DNA of 45,284 bases, taken from the NCBI GenBank assembly GCA_003557065.1, contig PWPS01000001.1, positions 1 through 45,284 on the forward strand. The letters run 5' to 3'. Made by a program: the position numbers and the translations under genes. Source of the stretch: Candidatus Nealsonbacteria bacterium. Its GTDB lineage: Bacteria; Patescibacteriota; Minisyncoccia; Minisyncoccales; PWPS01. The notes beneath the pieces are model-generated. The model made no database searches. It had not been told where the DNA came from and saw only the letters and a program-made list of their open reading frames with translations. Shown here piece by piece: positions 8,269 to 18,172 of the stretch. The first letter of the stretch is position 1, and each line of letters opens with the position of its first letter.

Positions 8269-9303
8269 CTAGCTTTTGGAATTTAATCCCTTTATAGCCA
8301 TACCTACGGCCACTGAACAAAGGGGAGAAAGCTCTTTTAGCGCTCCCTCCAAAGAAGAGGGGTATTTTAAATCTCTGAAAGGATTGGCATCATCTATGTC
8401 GAATCCTTCGGATAAAGACTTTTTAATCTCTTTCAACTTGGAAGCTCCGCCCGTAATGTATATCTTGTCTATATTTTTTCCCTCTTCTTTCTGATAACTA
8501 TCACAAATATCTTTTATCTTTTCCGCCAAATCTTCCGAAAGGGATTTTTTAATTTTTTCGGAAGTCTCCGACAGATTTTCTTCCCCTTTATTATAGTTAA
8601 TTTCCGGCAACATATCAAAATCCTCCGTAAAATCCTTACCCGATATTTCAAGACTGTGGCTGTGTTTCGGGATTTTGTCCTCTATTATATTAACCGTAGT
8701 CGACTGATCCCCTATGTCGGAAACTATAATCGTTTTTCCCTCTTTTCCATAAACCTCAGCCAAGCCGAAGGTTCCCGCATCCAGAAGACCCACCTCCAAT
8801 CCCGATTTTTTAGCTATTTTTCTATAGGTTTTAACCGTTTCATTGGGAACAGCCAAAAGTAAAACCTCTACCATTTCACCCTCTTCACCATCTCTCAGTC
8901 CGGTTAATGTCCAATCCAGGGTAACCTCATTAAGTGGAAGGGGGATTCTTTGTCTGGCTTGAAATTGAATAGCCGACTCCACTTCGGATCTTTTCATTTT
9001 GGGAACCTCGAAAGATGTGAAAAAGCTGCTGAAATCGGGGATGGCAAAAACGCTATTTTTAGTTTTTATGTCCGCCTCTTTCAGTATGGCCCGTATGGTG
9101 TCCGAAATCGCATCGATAGAAGATGAAAAAGCTCTTTCGTTTTTGTTTCTAATTTCGGTTCCGGTAACATCCTTGATTGAGGCTATTCCATAGTTTTCCA
9201 GGGTAAAATTATTTCGTTCTCTCGATAGTTCCACCACTTTCACCGATGTTGACCCCACGTCCACACCCAGATACATTTTTGGCTCTTTGGTAAATAGTGA
9301 CAT
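8269..9303 (-). CDS. pilM: Actin-like pilus assembly ATPase PilM
   Basis: 344 aa. N-terminal phosphate-1 motif LGVDVGSTSVKVVEL and a later ITGGASKL motif of the actin/HSP70 fold. First gene of the cluster. Confidence 0.85.
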   Translation of the reverse strand: MSLFTKEPKMYLGVDVGSTSVKVVELSRERNNFTLENYGIASIKDVTGTEIRNKNERAFSSSIDAISDTIRAILKEADIKTKNSVFAIPDFSSFFTSFEVPKMKRSEVESAIQFQARQRIPLPLNEVTLDWTLTGLRDGEEGEMVEVLLLAVPNETVKTYRKIAKKSGLEVGLLDAGTFGLAEVYGKEGKTIIVSDIGDQSTTVNIIEDKIPKHSHSLEISGKDFTEDFDMLPEINYNKGEENLSETSEKIKKSLSEDLAEKIKDICDSYQKEEGKNIDKIYITGGASKLKEIKKSLSEGFDIDDANPFRDLKYPSSLEGALKELSPLCSVAVGMAIKGLNSKS

Positions 9304-9378
9304 TTTATTTTTCCTTTGGGTCCTCCCCCAAGTAAACTTCCTCCTTTCTAACTAATTTATCTTTTCATACTCTCGATG

Positions 9379-9463
9379 CGGTGGGGGTGGGATTCGAACC
9401 CACGAACCCTTGCGGGTTGACGGTTTTCAAGACCGTTGCCTTAAGCCACTCGACCACCCCACC
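9379..9463 (-). tRNA. tRNA-Ser (anticodon TGA)
   Basis: Hand fold: acceptor GGTGGGG/CCCCACC, anticodon stem ACGGT/ACCGT with loop CTTGAAA, long variable arm, T-loop GTGGG-TTCGAAT-CCCAC. Confidence 0.9.
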
Positions 9464-9467
9464 ATAA

Positions 9468-10265
9468 TTAAGTTCTTTTCAAAAACTTTTTCCTTATTTC
9501 CGAATGCTTTCTTCCTACCGGAATTTTAATATCATCAACTTGATTTACCGGAAGAACTTCCCTTGTGGTTGAAGAAAGGAAGGCTTCATCAACACTTTTA
9601 AGTTCGTCATATAACAATTCTCTCTTCTCTATTCTAAAAGAATTTTCAGTAATTTCCAAGACTCTCTTTCTGGTTTCTCCATGCAAGACATTTTTTTCCG
9701 GGGTTATCAGGCAATCTTTCTTTATCACAAAAAAATTAGCTCTTGTACTTTCAAGAACTTTTCCATTCCAAGTATAAAGAAAGTCAAAAGCTCTTTTCAG
9801 TCTCTTTCTTTCTCGTATAGGGAAAGAGTAGTCCGTAATTTTAATATCGGGAAGAGCTCTTCTGTGCTCCAGACCGACCAGTTTTACTCCTTCCTCGTAA
9901 AGCTCATTTGAGGGAGGCTTCATCTCTCTGTTCAGGATGAAAAAGTTCTCTCCACCACAAGGATTAAATCCATCATCCGTTTCCCCCCCTGTTAAAACAA
10001 GCCGTAGATAAGAGTTCAAGAGACCGTTTGATCTTATCAATTGTAAAACCGCTTTTTCTACCTCGGAAAACTCAAACGGAAAATAAAAATCCATCTTTCT
10101 TGCATCTTCTTTAAGTTTTTCAAAATGACTTTCAAGCAAAAACGGTCTTCCTTCATAAACTCTCACAACTTGAAAAATAGCGCACCCCCTTATCACGGAT
10201 ATATCCGATAGAGCAACTGAAGCATCTTTCTCCTTAATTATCCCTCCATTTAAAAAACAATACAT
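9468..10265 (-). CDS. Class IV (fold type IV) PLP-dependent aminotransferase (BCAT / D-Ala aminotransferase / ADC lyase family)
   Basis: 265 aa. Contains ..RGCAIFQVVRVYEGRPFLLESHFEKL.., the catalytic-Lys context PDIKITDYS, and ESTRANFFVIK..ITP..VLHGETR. Substrate specificity cannot be decided from the sequence alone. Confidence 0.8.
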   Translation of the reverse strand: MYCFLNGGIIKEKDASVALSDISVIRGCAIFQVVRVYEGRPFLLESHFEKLKEDARKMDFYFPFEFSEVEKAVLQLIRSNGLLNSYLRLVLTGGETDDGFNPCGGENFFILNREMKPPSNELYEEGVKLVGLEHRRALPDIKITDYSFPIRERKRLKRAFDFLYTWNGKVLESTRANFFVIKKDCLITPEKNVLHGETRKRVLEITENSFRIEKRELLYDELKSVDEAFLSSTTREVLPVNQVDDIKIPVGRKHSEIRKKFLKRT

Positions 10266-10299
10266 TAAACGATCATATTATCCACCTAAACTTACTGTG

Positions 10300-10386
10300 C
10301 GGAGAGGGAGGGATTCGAACCCTCGGTACCCGTAAGGGCACAACACCTTAGCAGGGTGCCCCGTTCGACCGCTCCGGCACCTCTCC
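10300..10386 (-). tRNA. tRNA-Ser (anticodon GCT)
   Basis: Acceptor GGAGAGG/CCTCTCC, anticodon loop CTGCTAA, long variable arm, T-arm GAGGG-TTCGAAT-CCCTC. Confidence 0.9.
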
Positions 10387-10477
10387 TTTTGATTGTTTTC
10401 AGTATAACGAAAAAGAAATTATTTTCAACTGGAAAAAATGATATTTTATGGTAAAGTTAGACAACAACCCGACCGAA

Positions 10478-10553
10478 GTCCCCGTAGTTCAATCGGATAG
10501 AACACAAGCTTGCGGAGCTTGCGATAGAGGTTCGAATCCTCTCGGGGACACCA
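10478..10553 (+). tRNA. tRNA-Arg (anticodon GCG), CCA encoded
   Basis: Acceptor GTCCCCG/CGGGGAC, D-stem GTTC/GAAC, anticodon stem CAAGC/GCTTG with loop TTGCGGA, T-arm AGAGG-TTCGAAT-CCTCT, 3' ACCA. Confidence 0.85.
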
Positions 10554-10632
10554 ATATAATAAAACTCTGGATAAAAGAAAGATGCTTGCCGAATTATATT
10601 AGAGCACTCACTTTCGTCATATATGCTTACTT

Positions 10633-12720
10633 ATGATGAAGATAAGTAATCCAATCGAAAAAACTTCTGGGATAGGCCCCGTCTACAAGGAGAAATTAAA
10701 AAAAATGGGAATAAGAACCGTCGGTGATCTACTCTTTCATCTTCCGATACGTTATGAAGATTTTTCCACCATCGCCCCCGTTTCAAAACTTTCCGCAAAA
10801 AAAAGACAAACCGTACAGGGGAAAATAAAAGTTATACAGTCGGGAAAAACTCCCAGGAAAAGAGTTCCTTATACCGAAGCAATAGTTGAAGACGCTTCCG
10901 GAGCAGTTAGAGCAATTTGGTTTTATCAACCCTATCTATCAAAAATTCTAAAAAAGGGGGAAGATATTTACCTTTCGGGGAAACCTTCTTACCGGAAAAA
11001 CGGAATTGAATTAATAAATCCTACCTATGAAAAAATAAAAGAAGAAACACTGCACACGGGTGGGTTGGTAGCAATTTATCCCGAAACCGAAGGAATATCT
11101 TCACGGTGGTTAAGAAAAACAATAAAGTCATTAATGGATAAGGTCGAATTACCCGAAGAGACTCTACCAAAAGACGTATTAAAGCAAGCCCAACTAATTC
11201 CTTTAAAAGAAGCTTTGAGGAAAATCCATTTCCCAATAAACTATGATGACGCAAAAGCGGCCAAAGATAGATTTTCTTTTGAAAGAATCTTCTACATCCA
11301 ACTTGCCTCTCTAAAAAAGAAGGCACTTATAAAAAGAGAGGAGGCAACACCCATCGAAATCGACCTCGATTACATTAAGGATTTCGTTAAAAGTCTCCCT
11401 TTCAAGTTAACCGACGCTCAAAAAAAGGCATCTTGGAAGATTCTGAAAGACCTGGAAAAACCCTACCCCATGAATCGCTTACTCGAAGGAGATGTGGGTT
11501 CGGGAAAAACCGTAGTTGCCGTAATTGCAGCTTTGGCAACGGCAAAAAGCAACCATCAAGTGGCAATAATGGCCCCAACGGAAGTTTTGGCGACTCAACA
11601 CTTCAAAAAAATATCGGATCTCCTTAAAGAGTTTCGGCTCAACGTAGGATTTTTAACCGGTAAAAAGGATAAATACAAATCAAAAAAACTAAAGCATGAA
11701 TTCATTGAAATATCACGAAAAAAGCTTCTTGAAAAAGTCGGGGAAGGAGAAATAGATCTCCTAATAGGAACTCACGCCCTGATTCAGGACAAGGTAGTTT
11801 TTGATAATCTGGGATTGGTTATAGTTGATGAGCAACACAGATTCGGAGTAAAACAAAGAGCCAAGCTATGCAAAAAAAAGAAAATCCCTCACCTTCTATC
11901 AATGACAGCTACACCGATTCCAAGGACGTTAGCTTTAACTTTATATGGAGATTTGGATATATCGATAATAAACGAACTTCCTTTGGGGAGAAAAAAGACG
12001 ATTACAAAATTGGTAAGTGAAAGCAATAGGAAGAAGGTTTATTCTTTTATTGAAAAAGAAACAGAAAAAGGAAATCAGGTTTTTTTCATATGTCCCAAAA
12101 TAGAAGATTCGGAAAAAACGTCGCAAGCTTGGGCTAATGTAAAATCGATTGAAGAAGTTGAGAAAAATCTAAGAAAAATCTTTTCCTCTTTGCGGGTGGA
12201 GTCAATTCACGGAAAATTATCATCGACCAAAAAAGCGGAGGTGATGGATCTTTTTAAGAATGGAAAAACCGATATTCTGGTTTCAACCTCCGTTATAGAG
12301 GTCGGTGTCGATATTCCCAATGCTACGGTTATAATTATAGAGGGAGCAGAAATGTTCGGGCTAGCTCAGCTTCACCAATTCAGAGGTAGAGTCGGTAGGA
12401 GTGATAAACAATCCTACTGCTTTCTTTTTTCGGGATCAAAATCAAAGAGGAGTAGAGAGAGACTGCAGGCACTGATCGAATCCGACAACAGTTTCGAGTT
12501 GGCGGAAAGGGATCTTTCCATAAGAGGCCCGGGAGACTTAACCGGGAAAAGGCAATGGGGTGTCGCAGGATTTACGATGGAAGCATTAAAAAATCGTGCA
12601 TTGGTTGAAAGGTCAAAAGAAATAGCGGAGAAATTCTTAAAAAAGGACACCGAGTTGGAAGAGTTCCCGATAATGAAAAAAAAGATAAAAGCGATAGAAA
12701 AAAACTTGCACCTTGAATAA
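10633..12720 (+). CDS. recG: ATP-dependent DNA helicase RecG
   Basis: 695 aa. N-terminal wedge/OB region, helicase motif I GDVGSGKT, DEQH box (VIVDEQHRFG), QLHQFRGRVGR motif VI. Confidence 0.93.
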   Translation: MMKISNPIEKTSGIGPVYKEKLKKMGIRTVGDLLFHLPIRYEDFSTIAPVSKLSAKKRQTVQGKIKVIQSGKTPRKRVPYTEAIVEDASGAVRAIWFYQPYLSKILKKGEDIYLSGKPSYRKNGIELINPTYEKIKEETLHTGGLVAIYPETEGISSRWLRKTIKSLMDKVELPEETLPKDVLKQAQLIPLKEALRKIHFPINYDDAKAAKDRFSFERIFYIQLASLKKKALIKREEATPIEIDLDYIKDFVKSLPFKLTDAQKKASWKILKDLEKPYPMNRLLEGDVGSGKTVVAVIAALATAKSNHQVAIMAPTEVLATQHFKKISDLLKEFRLNVGFLTGKKDKYKSKKLKHEFIEISRKKLLEKVGEGEIDLLIGTHALIQDKVVFDNLGLVIVDEQHRFGVKQRAKLCKKKKIPHLLSMTATPIPRTLALTLYGDLDISIINELPLGRKKTITKLVSESNRKKVYSFIEKETEKGNQVFFICPKIEDSEKTSQAWANVKSIEEVEKNLRKIFSSLRVESIHGKLSSTKKAEVMDLFKNGKTDILVSTSVIEVGVDIPNATVIIIEGAEMFGLAQLHQFRGRVGRSDKQSYCFLFSGSKSKRSRERLQALIESDNSFELAERDLSIRGPGDLTGKRQWGVAGFTMEALKNRALVERSKEIAEKFLKKDTELEEFPIMKKKIKAIEKNLHLE

Positions 12721-12808
12721 TCAAGAGAAAGGTTCAAATCGCCTTTTTGCTTTTCATGTTAATTAAAAAAAATACCTCCTTGTTTTCAGAGGTATTTATA
12801 AAATGTAT

Positions 12809-12886
12809 TGGTGACCCCGAGGGGATTTGAACCCCTGTTACCAGGATGAAAACCTGGCGTCCTAGGCCAGACTAGACGACGGGGCC
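12809..12886 (-). tRNA. tRNA-Glu (anticodon TTC), CCA encoded
   Basis: Acceptor GGCCCCG/CGGGGTC, anticodon stem CCAGG/CCTGG with loop TTTTCAT, T-arm GGGG-TTCAAAT-CCCC. Confidence 0.9.
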
Positions 12887-12944
12887 TTGAACTTAAAGCT
12901 ATTTTCCTTTGTAGTATAATGAAATATCAAAAAAAATCAACCCT

Positions 12945-14036
12945 ATGAAAATTTTAGCAATTGAAACGTCCTGTGACGATACCTGTATCGCCATCTTGAA
13001 CACCGAAAACAATCAATTTTTATCAGATATATCATCCTCGCAGATAGAAGTTCACAGAAAATGGGGGGGAGTATATCCCACCATAGCGAAACGAGAACAT
13101 CAAAAAGCTTTGGTTCCCGTTTTGAAAAAAGCCCTAATGAAAGCCGGCCTTTTGAGTAGTGGAAATTCTTCCATCAAAATTTCAAAAATATTGGAAAGAG
13201 AGCCCGAACTTGAAAGTCAGTTGAATCGATTTCTGTCAACTTACGGTATTCCCGATATAGATCTTATTGCAGTAACGGTGGGACCGGGCCTGGATCCGTC
13301 GCTTTGGTCGGGAATAAATTTTGCAAAAGCTCTATCCTTGGCTTGGGGCAAAAATATTATTCCCATAAATCATGTTAAAGCTCATTTTTTTGCTCCTTTA
13401 ATCCTTGAAGAGGCACCCTTTCCTGCAATCTCCATTATAGCAAGCGGTGGTCATACCCAATTAATTTTTTCCAAAAATAGGAATGATCACCGAATCATAG
13501 GAGAAACAAGAGATGATGCCGCCGGCGAATGTTTCGACAAGACTGCAAGAATCATGGGGCTTCCCTACCCGGGTGGTCCGGAAATAGCAAAATTGGCAAA
13601 AAAAGAGACATCCAAATCGATTTCTTTACCCAGACCCATGATTAATTCCGGCGATTATGATTTTAGTTTTTCCGGATTGAAAACAGCCGTTTTATACAAA
13701 TGGAACGACGAAAAAGAAAAAGATGATAGTTTCAAGATAGCGATGGCTAAAGAAATTCAGGAAGCCATTGTTGACGTCATTACAACAAAAACATTTCTTG
13801 CAGCAGATTACTTTGAAGCTAAAACCGTAGTTTTGGGAGGTGGAGTATCGGCAAATGCTCTACTGAGGGAAAAATTCAAAGAAAAAGGTAATAATTTTAA
13901 GATAATACTTCCGGATATCGATCTCTCTACGGATAATGCAAAAATGATCGCAATAACAGCTGAATATGAATATAAGAAAAGAGGATCCGTAAGTTGGGAA
14001 AAGTTGAAATCGGAACCCAACCTTAAAATAAGTTAA
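12945..14036 (+). CDS. tsaD: tRNA N6-adenosine threonylcarbamoyltransferase TsaD (Kae1/Gcp family)
   Basis: 363 aa. MKILAIETSCDDTCIAIL N-terminus, HVKAH metal motif, GGVSAN C-terminal motif. Confidence 0.93.
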   Translation: MKILAIETSCDDTCIAILNTENNQFLSDISSSQIEVHRKWGGVYPTIAKREHQKALVPVLKKALMKAGLLSSGNSSIKISKILEREPELESQLNRFLSTYGIPDIDLIAVTVGPGLDPSLWSGINFAKALSLAWGKNIIPINHVKAHFFAPLILEEAPFPAISIIASGGHTQLIFSKNRNDHRIIGETRDDAAGECFDKTARIMGLPYPGGPEIAKLAKKETSKSISLPRPMINSGDYDFSFSGLKTAVLYKWNDEKEKDDSFKIAMAKEIQEAIVDVITTKTFLAADYFEAKTVVLGGGVSANALLREKFKEKGNNFKIILPDIDLSTDNAKMIAITAEYEYKKRGSVSWEKLKSEPNLKIS

Positions 14037-14083
14037 AAAATTTGCTATAATAAAAGACGTTACAAATCTCAATTAAGCATTTC

Positions 14084-16234
14084 ATGGAAATACCAAAAGC
14101 ATACAAGCCAGACGAAAGAGAAAGCGGAATATATGAAATATGGGAAAAGAGTGGATATTTCGATCCCGAAAAACTACCACCCGGACACAAGGAGCCGTTT
14201 TCCATTCTTATGCCACCCCCCAACGCGAACGATCCTCTGCATATCGGTCACGCCATGTTTATTACGATCCAAGACATCTTAATAAGATACAACAGGATGA
14301 GAGGAAAAAAGACATTATGGCTTCCCGGTGCGGATCACGCGGGATTCGAAACTCAAGTTGTTTTCGAGCGAAAATTAGAGGAAAAAGGAGAGTCCAGATT
14401 AGATATGAAAAGAGACGAATTTTATGACAGAGTTTGGAATTACACACAAGAAAATAGAAAAGTCGTGAAGAGTCAGATAAAGAAACTGGGAGCTTCCTGT
14501 GATTGGAGCAAGGACACTTTCACTCTGGACGATAAGGTAATAAAAACGGCCTACAAGACATTTAAAAAAATGGCCGATGAGGGCTTAATATACAGAGGGA
14601 AAAGATTAATAAATTATTGCACCAATCATCAAACCGCTTTTAGTGATCTGGAAGTTGAATATGTCGAAACTAAAACTCCTTTATATTATATAAAATACGG
14701 ACCCTTCATACTTGCAACAACAAGACCCGAAACCAAGTTCGGTGATACGGCTATCGCGGTACATCCGGAAGATAGACGATATGAAAAATATGTTGGAAAA
14801 GAAATCAAAATAGAAACTCTCTTAGGAGAAAGAATGATAAAAGTAATTGCGGATGAGGCCGTTGACAGAGACTTCGGAACGGGGGCGGTTAAAGTAACAC
14901 CCGCTCACTCCGAGGCCGATTTCGAGATTTGGCAAAGACATAAAGATGAAATGCCCGAACCGATAGAAGCAATCGACAAAGAAGGGAAAATGACTTCGGC
15001 AGCCGGTCCATACGAGGGCATGTCCGCCAAAAAAGCTAGAAATAAAGTAGCTGCGGACATGAAAGAGAAAGGATTATTACAAAGAGTCGATGAAGATTAC
15101 ATACACAACCTATCCGTCTGTTACAAATGTAAAAAAGAGATAGAACCACTCCTAATGGAGCAGTGGTTTATAGATATAAAACCACTAGCTGAGCCGGCCG
15201 CAGACGCTGTTAAAAATGGAGATATAAAGATTATTCCCGATAACTACCGAAAGATCTATCTTCATTGGTTGGATAATATAAAAGACTGGAATATTTCCAG
15301 ACAAAATTGGTGGGGAATTCCCATTCCGGCTTGGAGGTGCGTCGATTGTTCCACTGAAGATAATCCTCATTGGATAATAACCGAAGGAGATGAACCAAAA
15401 AAGTGTGATAATTGCCAATCCGACAATCTAAAAAAGGACACTGATGTTTTCGACACTTGGTTTTCTTCCGGTCAGTGGCCTTTTGCAACTCTTATTTCGG
15501 AAAAAGAACCTGAACTCAAAAAATACTACCCGACATCGGTAATGGAAACGGGGTATGATATCCTTTTCTTTTGGGTTATAAGAATGGTAATGCTGAGTCT
15601 CTATAGGACAAAAGAGATTCCTTTTAAAAACGTTTATCTTCACGGCCTGGTAAGAGATGAGAATAAGGAAAAAATGTCAAAATCGAAAGGAAATGTAATA
15701 AATCCGATTGAGGTATCCGAAGAGTATGGAACAGATGCTTTGAGAATGTCCCTCACGATAGGCAACATGCCCGGAAAGGACGCCGTAATATCGGAAAACG
15801 AAATAAAAGGATACAGAAACTACGTAAATAAAATCTGGAACATGTTTCGCTTTTTGATGATGAGATGTAATGACTATGACCCGGAAAATAATCCTTCTTT
15901 AACCAAAGAAGATGAAAATTTACTTAAAGAATTTACCGAAAAGGCAAAAGAGATAACCGATCATATTGATCGTTTCGAATTTTCTCATGCCGCAGAAACT
16001 CTTTATCACTATAGCTGGCACAGGTTCGCAGACGAAATAATAGAAGAATCAAAAGAAGTCTTGGACGATCAAAACAAAAAGTCCGGCCGCCAAAAAGTTC
16101 TAATTACCATTTTTGCAGGAATACTAAAATTAGCTCACCCCTTCATCCCTTTTATCACCGAGGAAATCTATCAAAAACTTCCTCTAAAAGATAAGAAGGA
16201 AACCATTATGATTGAAGAGTGGCCCATAAATTAA
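14084..16234 (+). CDS. valS: Valine--tRNA ligase (short form, no C-terminal coiled coil)
   Basis: PPPNANDPLHIGHA (HIGH), TRPETKFGDTAIAVHPED editing-domain motif, WNISRQNWWGIPIPAW, KMSKS. At 716 aa it ends soon after the anticodon-binding domain. Confidence 0.9.
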   Translation: MEIPKAYKPDERESGIYEIWEKSGYFDPEKLPPGHKEPFSILMPPPNANDPLHIGHAMFITIQDILIRYNRMRGKKTLWLPGADHAGFETQVVFERKLEEKGESRLDMKRDEFYDRVWNYTQENRKVVKSQIKKLGASCDWSKDTFTLDDKVIKTAYKTFKKMADEGLIYRGKRLINYCTNHQTAFSDLEVEYVETKTPLYYIKYGPFILATTRPETKFGDTAIAVHPEDRRYEKYVGKEIKIETLLGERMIKVIADEAVDRDFGTGAVKVTPAHSEADFEIWQRHKDEMPEPIEAIDKEGKMTSAAGPYEGMSAKKARNKVAADMKEKGLLQRVDEDYIHNLSVCYKCKKEIEPLLMEQWFIDIKPLAEPAADAVKNGDIKIIPDNYRKIYLHWLDNIKDWNISRQNWWGIPIPAWRCVDCSTEDNPHWIITEGDEPKKCDNCQSDNLKKDTDVFDTWFSSGQWPFATLISEKEPELKKYYPTSVMETGYDILFFWVIRMVMLSLYRTKEIPFKNVYLHGLVRDENKEKMSKSKGNVINPIEVSEEYGTDALRMSLTIGNMPGKDAVISENEIKGYRNYVNKIWNMFRFLMMRCNDYDPENNPSLTKEDENLLKEFTEKAKEITDHIDRFEFSHAAETLYHYSWHRFADEIIEESKEVLDDQNKKSGRQKVLITIFAGILKLAHPFIPFITEEIYQKLPLKDKKETIMIEEWPIN

Positions 16235-16968
16235 TGGACTATATCATATTTATAATATTGGGAATTTTGCCGGCATTGATTTGGCTATTCTATTTCCTGG
16301 AAAAAGATAAAGAGCCTGAGCCCAAATTGATAATTTTTGCAGTCTTTTTGATGGGTATCTTCGGTGCGGCGATAGCGGCAGCGATTCAGGGACCGATTAG
16401 AAGCTTTATTTATTCCATGGACCCGATGATGTTAACCGAAGTTGAGATGATGGTTATCTCATTTATAGATAGCTTTTTTGTGGTCTCTCTTTTAGAGGAA
16501 ACTTTTAAATTTATTCCCCTCTTACCACTTTTTTTGTTCGCTTGTAGAGATCTTGATGAGCCCGTTGACTTTATCATCTATGCAATAACCGCGGGTCTCG
16601 GATTTGCAGCACTCGAAAATTATTTTTACTTCTCGGTCGCTCCCATTGATACAATAGCCGAATTAGTGTTTCTCCGCTTTGCAATAACAACTCTTTTTCA
16701 TGCAATGGCTGCCGGAATAATGGGGTATTTTTTAGCCCTTTCAGTGAGAAAGATGAAAAAAGGATTAATTCCCGTCGGTCTTCTTGTCGTCTCTTTTTTT
16801 CATACCCTTTACAATATTCTCATAGAACTGATGGTTCAATCCCAAAATATGGTGTATCCGGGTGCTCTTCTTTTTTTTCTTTTTGTTTTGACTCTATTAC
16901 TTTTAAAGGGTTTTTCCGAAACTAAAAAGATGAAAAGCATATGTGAAGTCCCTTTCAGTTGCAGGTAA
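16234..16968 (+). CDS. PrsW-family intramembrane metalloprotease-like protein
   Basis: Polytopic membrane protein with EKDKEPEP, LLEETFKF and two FHxxxxG/N helices (FHAMAAG, FHTLYN). An ATG at 16234 forms a TAATG overlap with the valS stop. The track uses a GTG at 16219. Confidence 0.75.
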   Translation: MDYIIFIILGILPALIWLFYFLEKDKEPEPKLIIFAVFLMGIFGAAIAAAIQGPIRSFIYSMDPMMLTEVEMMVISFIDSFFVVSLLEETFKFIPLLPLFLFACRDLDEPVDFIIYAITAGLGFAALENYFYFSVAPIDTIAELVFLRFAITTLFHAMAAGIMGYFLALSVRKMKKGLIPVGLLVVSFFHTLYNILIELMVQSQNMVYPGALLFFLFVLTLLLLKGFSETKKMKSICEVPFSCR

Positions 16969-17011
16969 TTCGGCAAAGTGATAAATTTAAAAATGTTAAA
17001 ATAAAAAAAAT

Positions 17012-17419
17012 ATGGAAAATCAGGAAGAAAAAAAAGAGTGGGAAAATCAAAAAATAGAGGAGAAAAGTAAAAAGGGCTGGCTTTCAAAAGAAGGAGAGCT
17101 TGTAGTAGACGTTTATCAAACCGAAGAGAATATCGTAATACAGACGGCAATAGCAGGAATTAAAAAGGATGACTTGGAAATAATAACTGAGAAAGATATG
17201 ATATCAATCAAGGGTGAAAGAGAAAGGAATGAAGAAGAGAAAATAGAAGAGTTTTTTATAGAAGAGTGTTTTTGGGGTCCTTTCTGTAGAGAAATAGTGC
17301 TCCCGGAAGAAACGGATCCTTCCAGAATAAAAGCAACCATGCATCAAGGTATTTTGACCATAAAAGTTCCTCGTATAGAAAGAGAAAAAAGAAGAGAGGT
17401 TGAACTTGAAGAGGAATGA
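17012..17419 (+). CDS. Small heat-shock protein (Hsp20/alpha-crystallin family)
   Basis: 135 aa. Alpha-crystallin core ..VVDVYQTEENIVIQTAIAGIKKDDLEI..ISIKGERE..GILTIKVPR. Its TGA stop overlaps the next ATG (ATGA). Confidence 0.9.
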   Translation: MENQEEKKEWENQKIEEKSKKGWLSKEGELVVDVYQTEENIVIQTAIAGIKKDDLEIITEKDMISIKGERERNEEEKIEEFFIEECFWGPFCREIVLPEETDPSRIKATMHQGILTIKVPRIEREKRREVELEEE

Positions 17420-17949
17420 TTTATCTGCAACTGGCATTGATCTTAGCTTTCTCCTTACTTTTCTTTTTCTTTGCCATAGCTTACGCTCTAATAGGGCTAA
17501 AATCCTTTGTTACCGGGGCTCCCCCGGTTCCATCCCCCAAGAAAGAAATAAAAGCCGCCCTGCGGGCCGTGGGACTGGAAAAAGGTGATTCTTTTTACGA
17601 TCTCGGGTCGGGAACGGGAAGAGTTGTCTTACTTGCTGAAAAGCATGGTGCGAATTCTACGGGAGTTGAGTTCTCGCGCCTGGTGTCCTTTATATCAAAA
17701 ATAAACCTTGGGATAAGGAGATCGAAGTCAAAAATAATAAGGGCTGATTTTTTGAATATGGACTTGAGTGACGCGGATGTTGTCTATATTTACGGATCCA
17801 TCAGATTGATGGAAAGATTGGAAGAGAAGATCAAGAAAGAATCTTTACACTTAAAAGTGGTAAGTTATTGCTTCAGGTTTCCAAATTTAAAGCCGATAAA
17901 GAAAATAAAGACCCCTCTGAAAAAATCGGTTTTCGTTTACAAAATATAA
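17416..17949 (+). CDS. Membrane-anchored class I SAM-dependent methyltransferase
   Basis: N-terminal TM helix, then motif I FYDLGSGTGRVV and an acidic post-I residue (LLAEKHG). Target unknown. Confidence 0.7.
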   Translation: MIYLQLALILAFSLLFFFFAIAYALIGLKSFVTGAPPVPSPKKEIKAALRAVGLEKGDSFYDLGSGTGRVVLLAEKHGANSTGVEFSRLVSFISKINLGIRRSKSKIIRADFLNMDLSDADVVYIYGSIRLMERLEEKIKKESLHLKVVSYCFRFPNLKPIKKIKTPLKKSVFVYKI

Positions 17950-18005
17950 AAAATCGGCTATTCGCCGAATTTAAACTGAAACTCCTATTAAATATAGATT
18001 AATTG

Positions 18006-18089
18006 TGCCGAGGGTGGGACTCGAACCCACAAGCCTTTACGGGCAATAGGCCCTAAACCTACCGCGGTTGCCAATTTCGCCACCTCGGC
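18006..18089 (-). tRNA. tRNA-Leu (anticodon TAG)
   Basis: Acceptor GCCGAGG/CCTCGGC, anticodon stem GTAGG/CCTAT with loop TTTAGGG, long variable arm, T-arm GTGGG-TTCGAGT-CCCAC. Confidence 0.9.
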
Positions 18090-18172
18090 CTGCCAGTATT
18101 CTAATCTTCTCTTAAAATAAAATCAACCCTTCCTTAAATATAAAGAAAGGGCTGATATATCTTTTCCAGCTT

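Noticed and set aside
10448-10636. 62-aa ORF in the track.
   Set aside because: It is tRNA-Arg(GCG) and its flanks read as protein.
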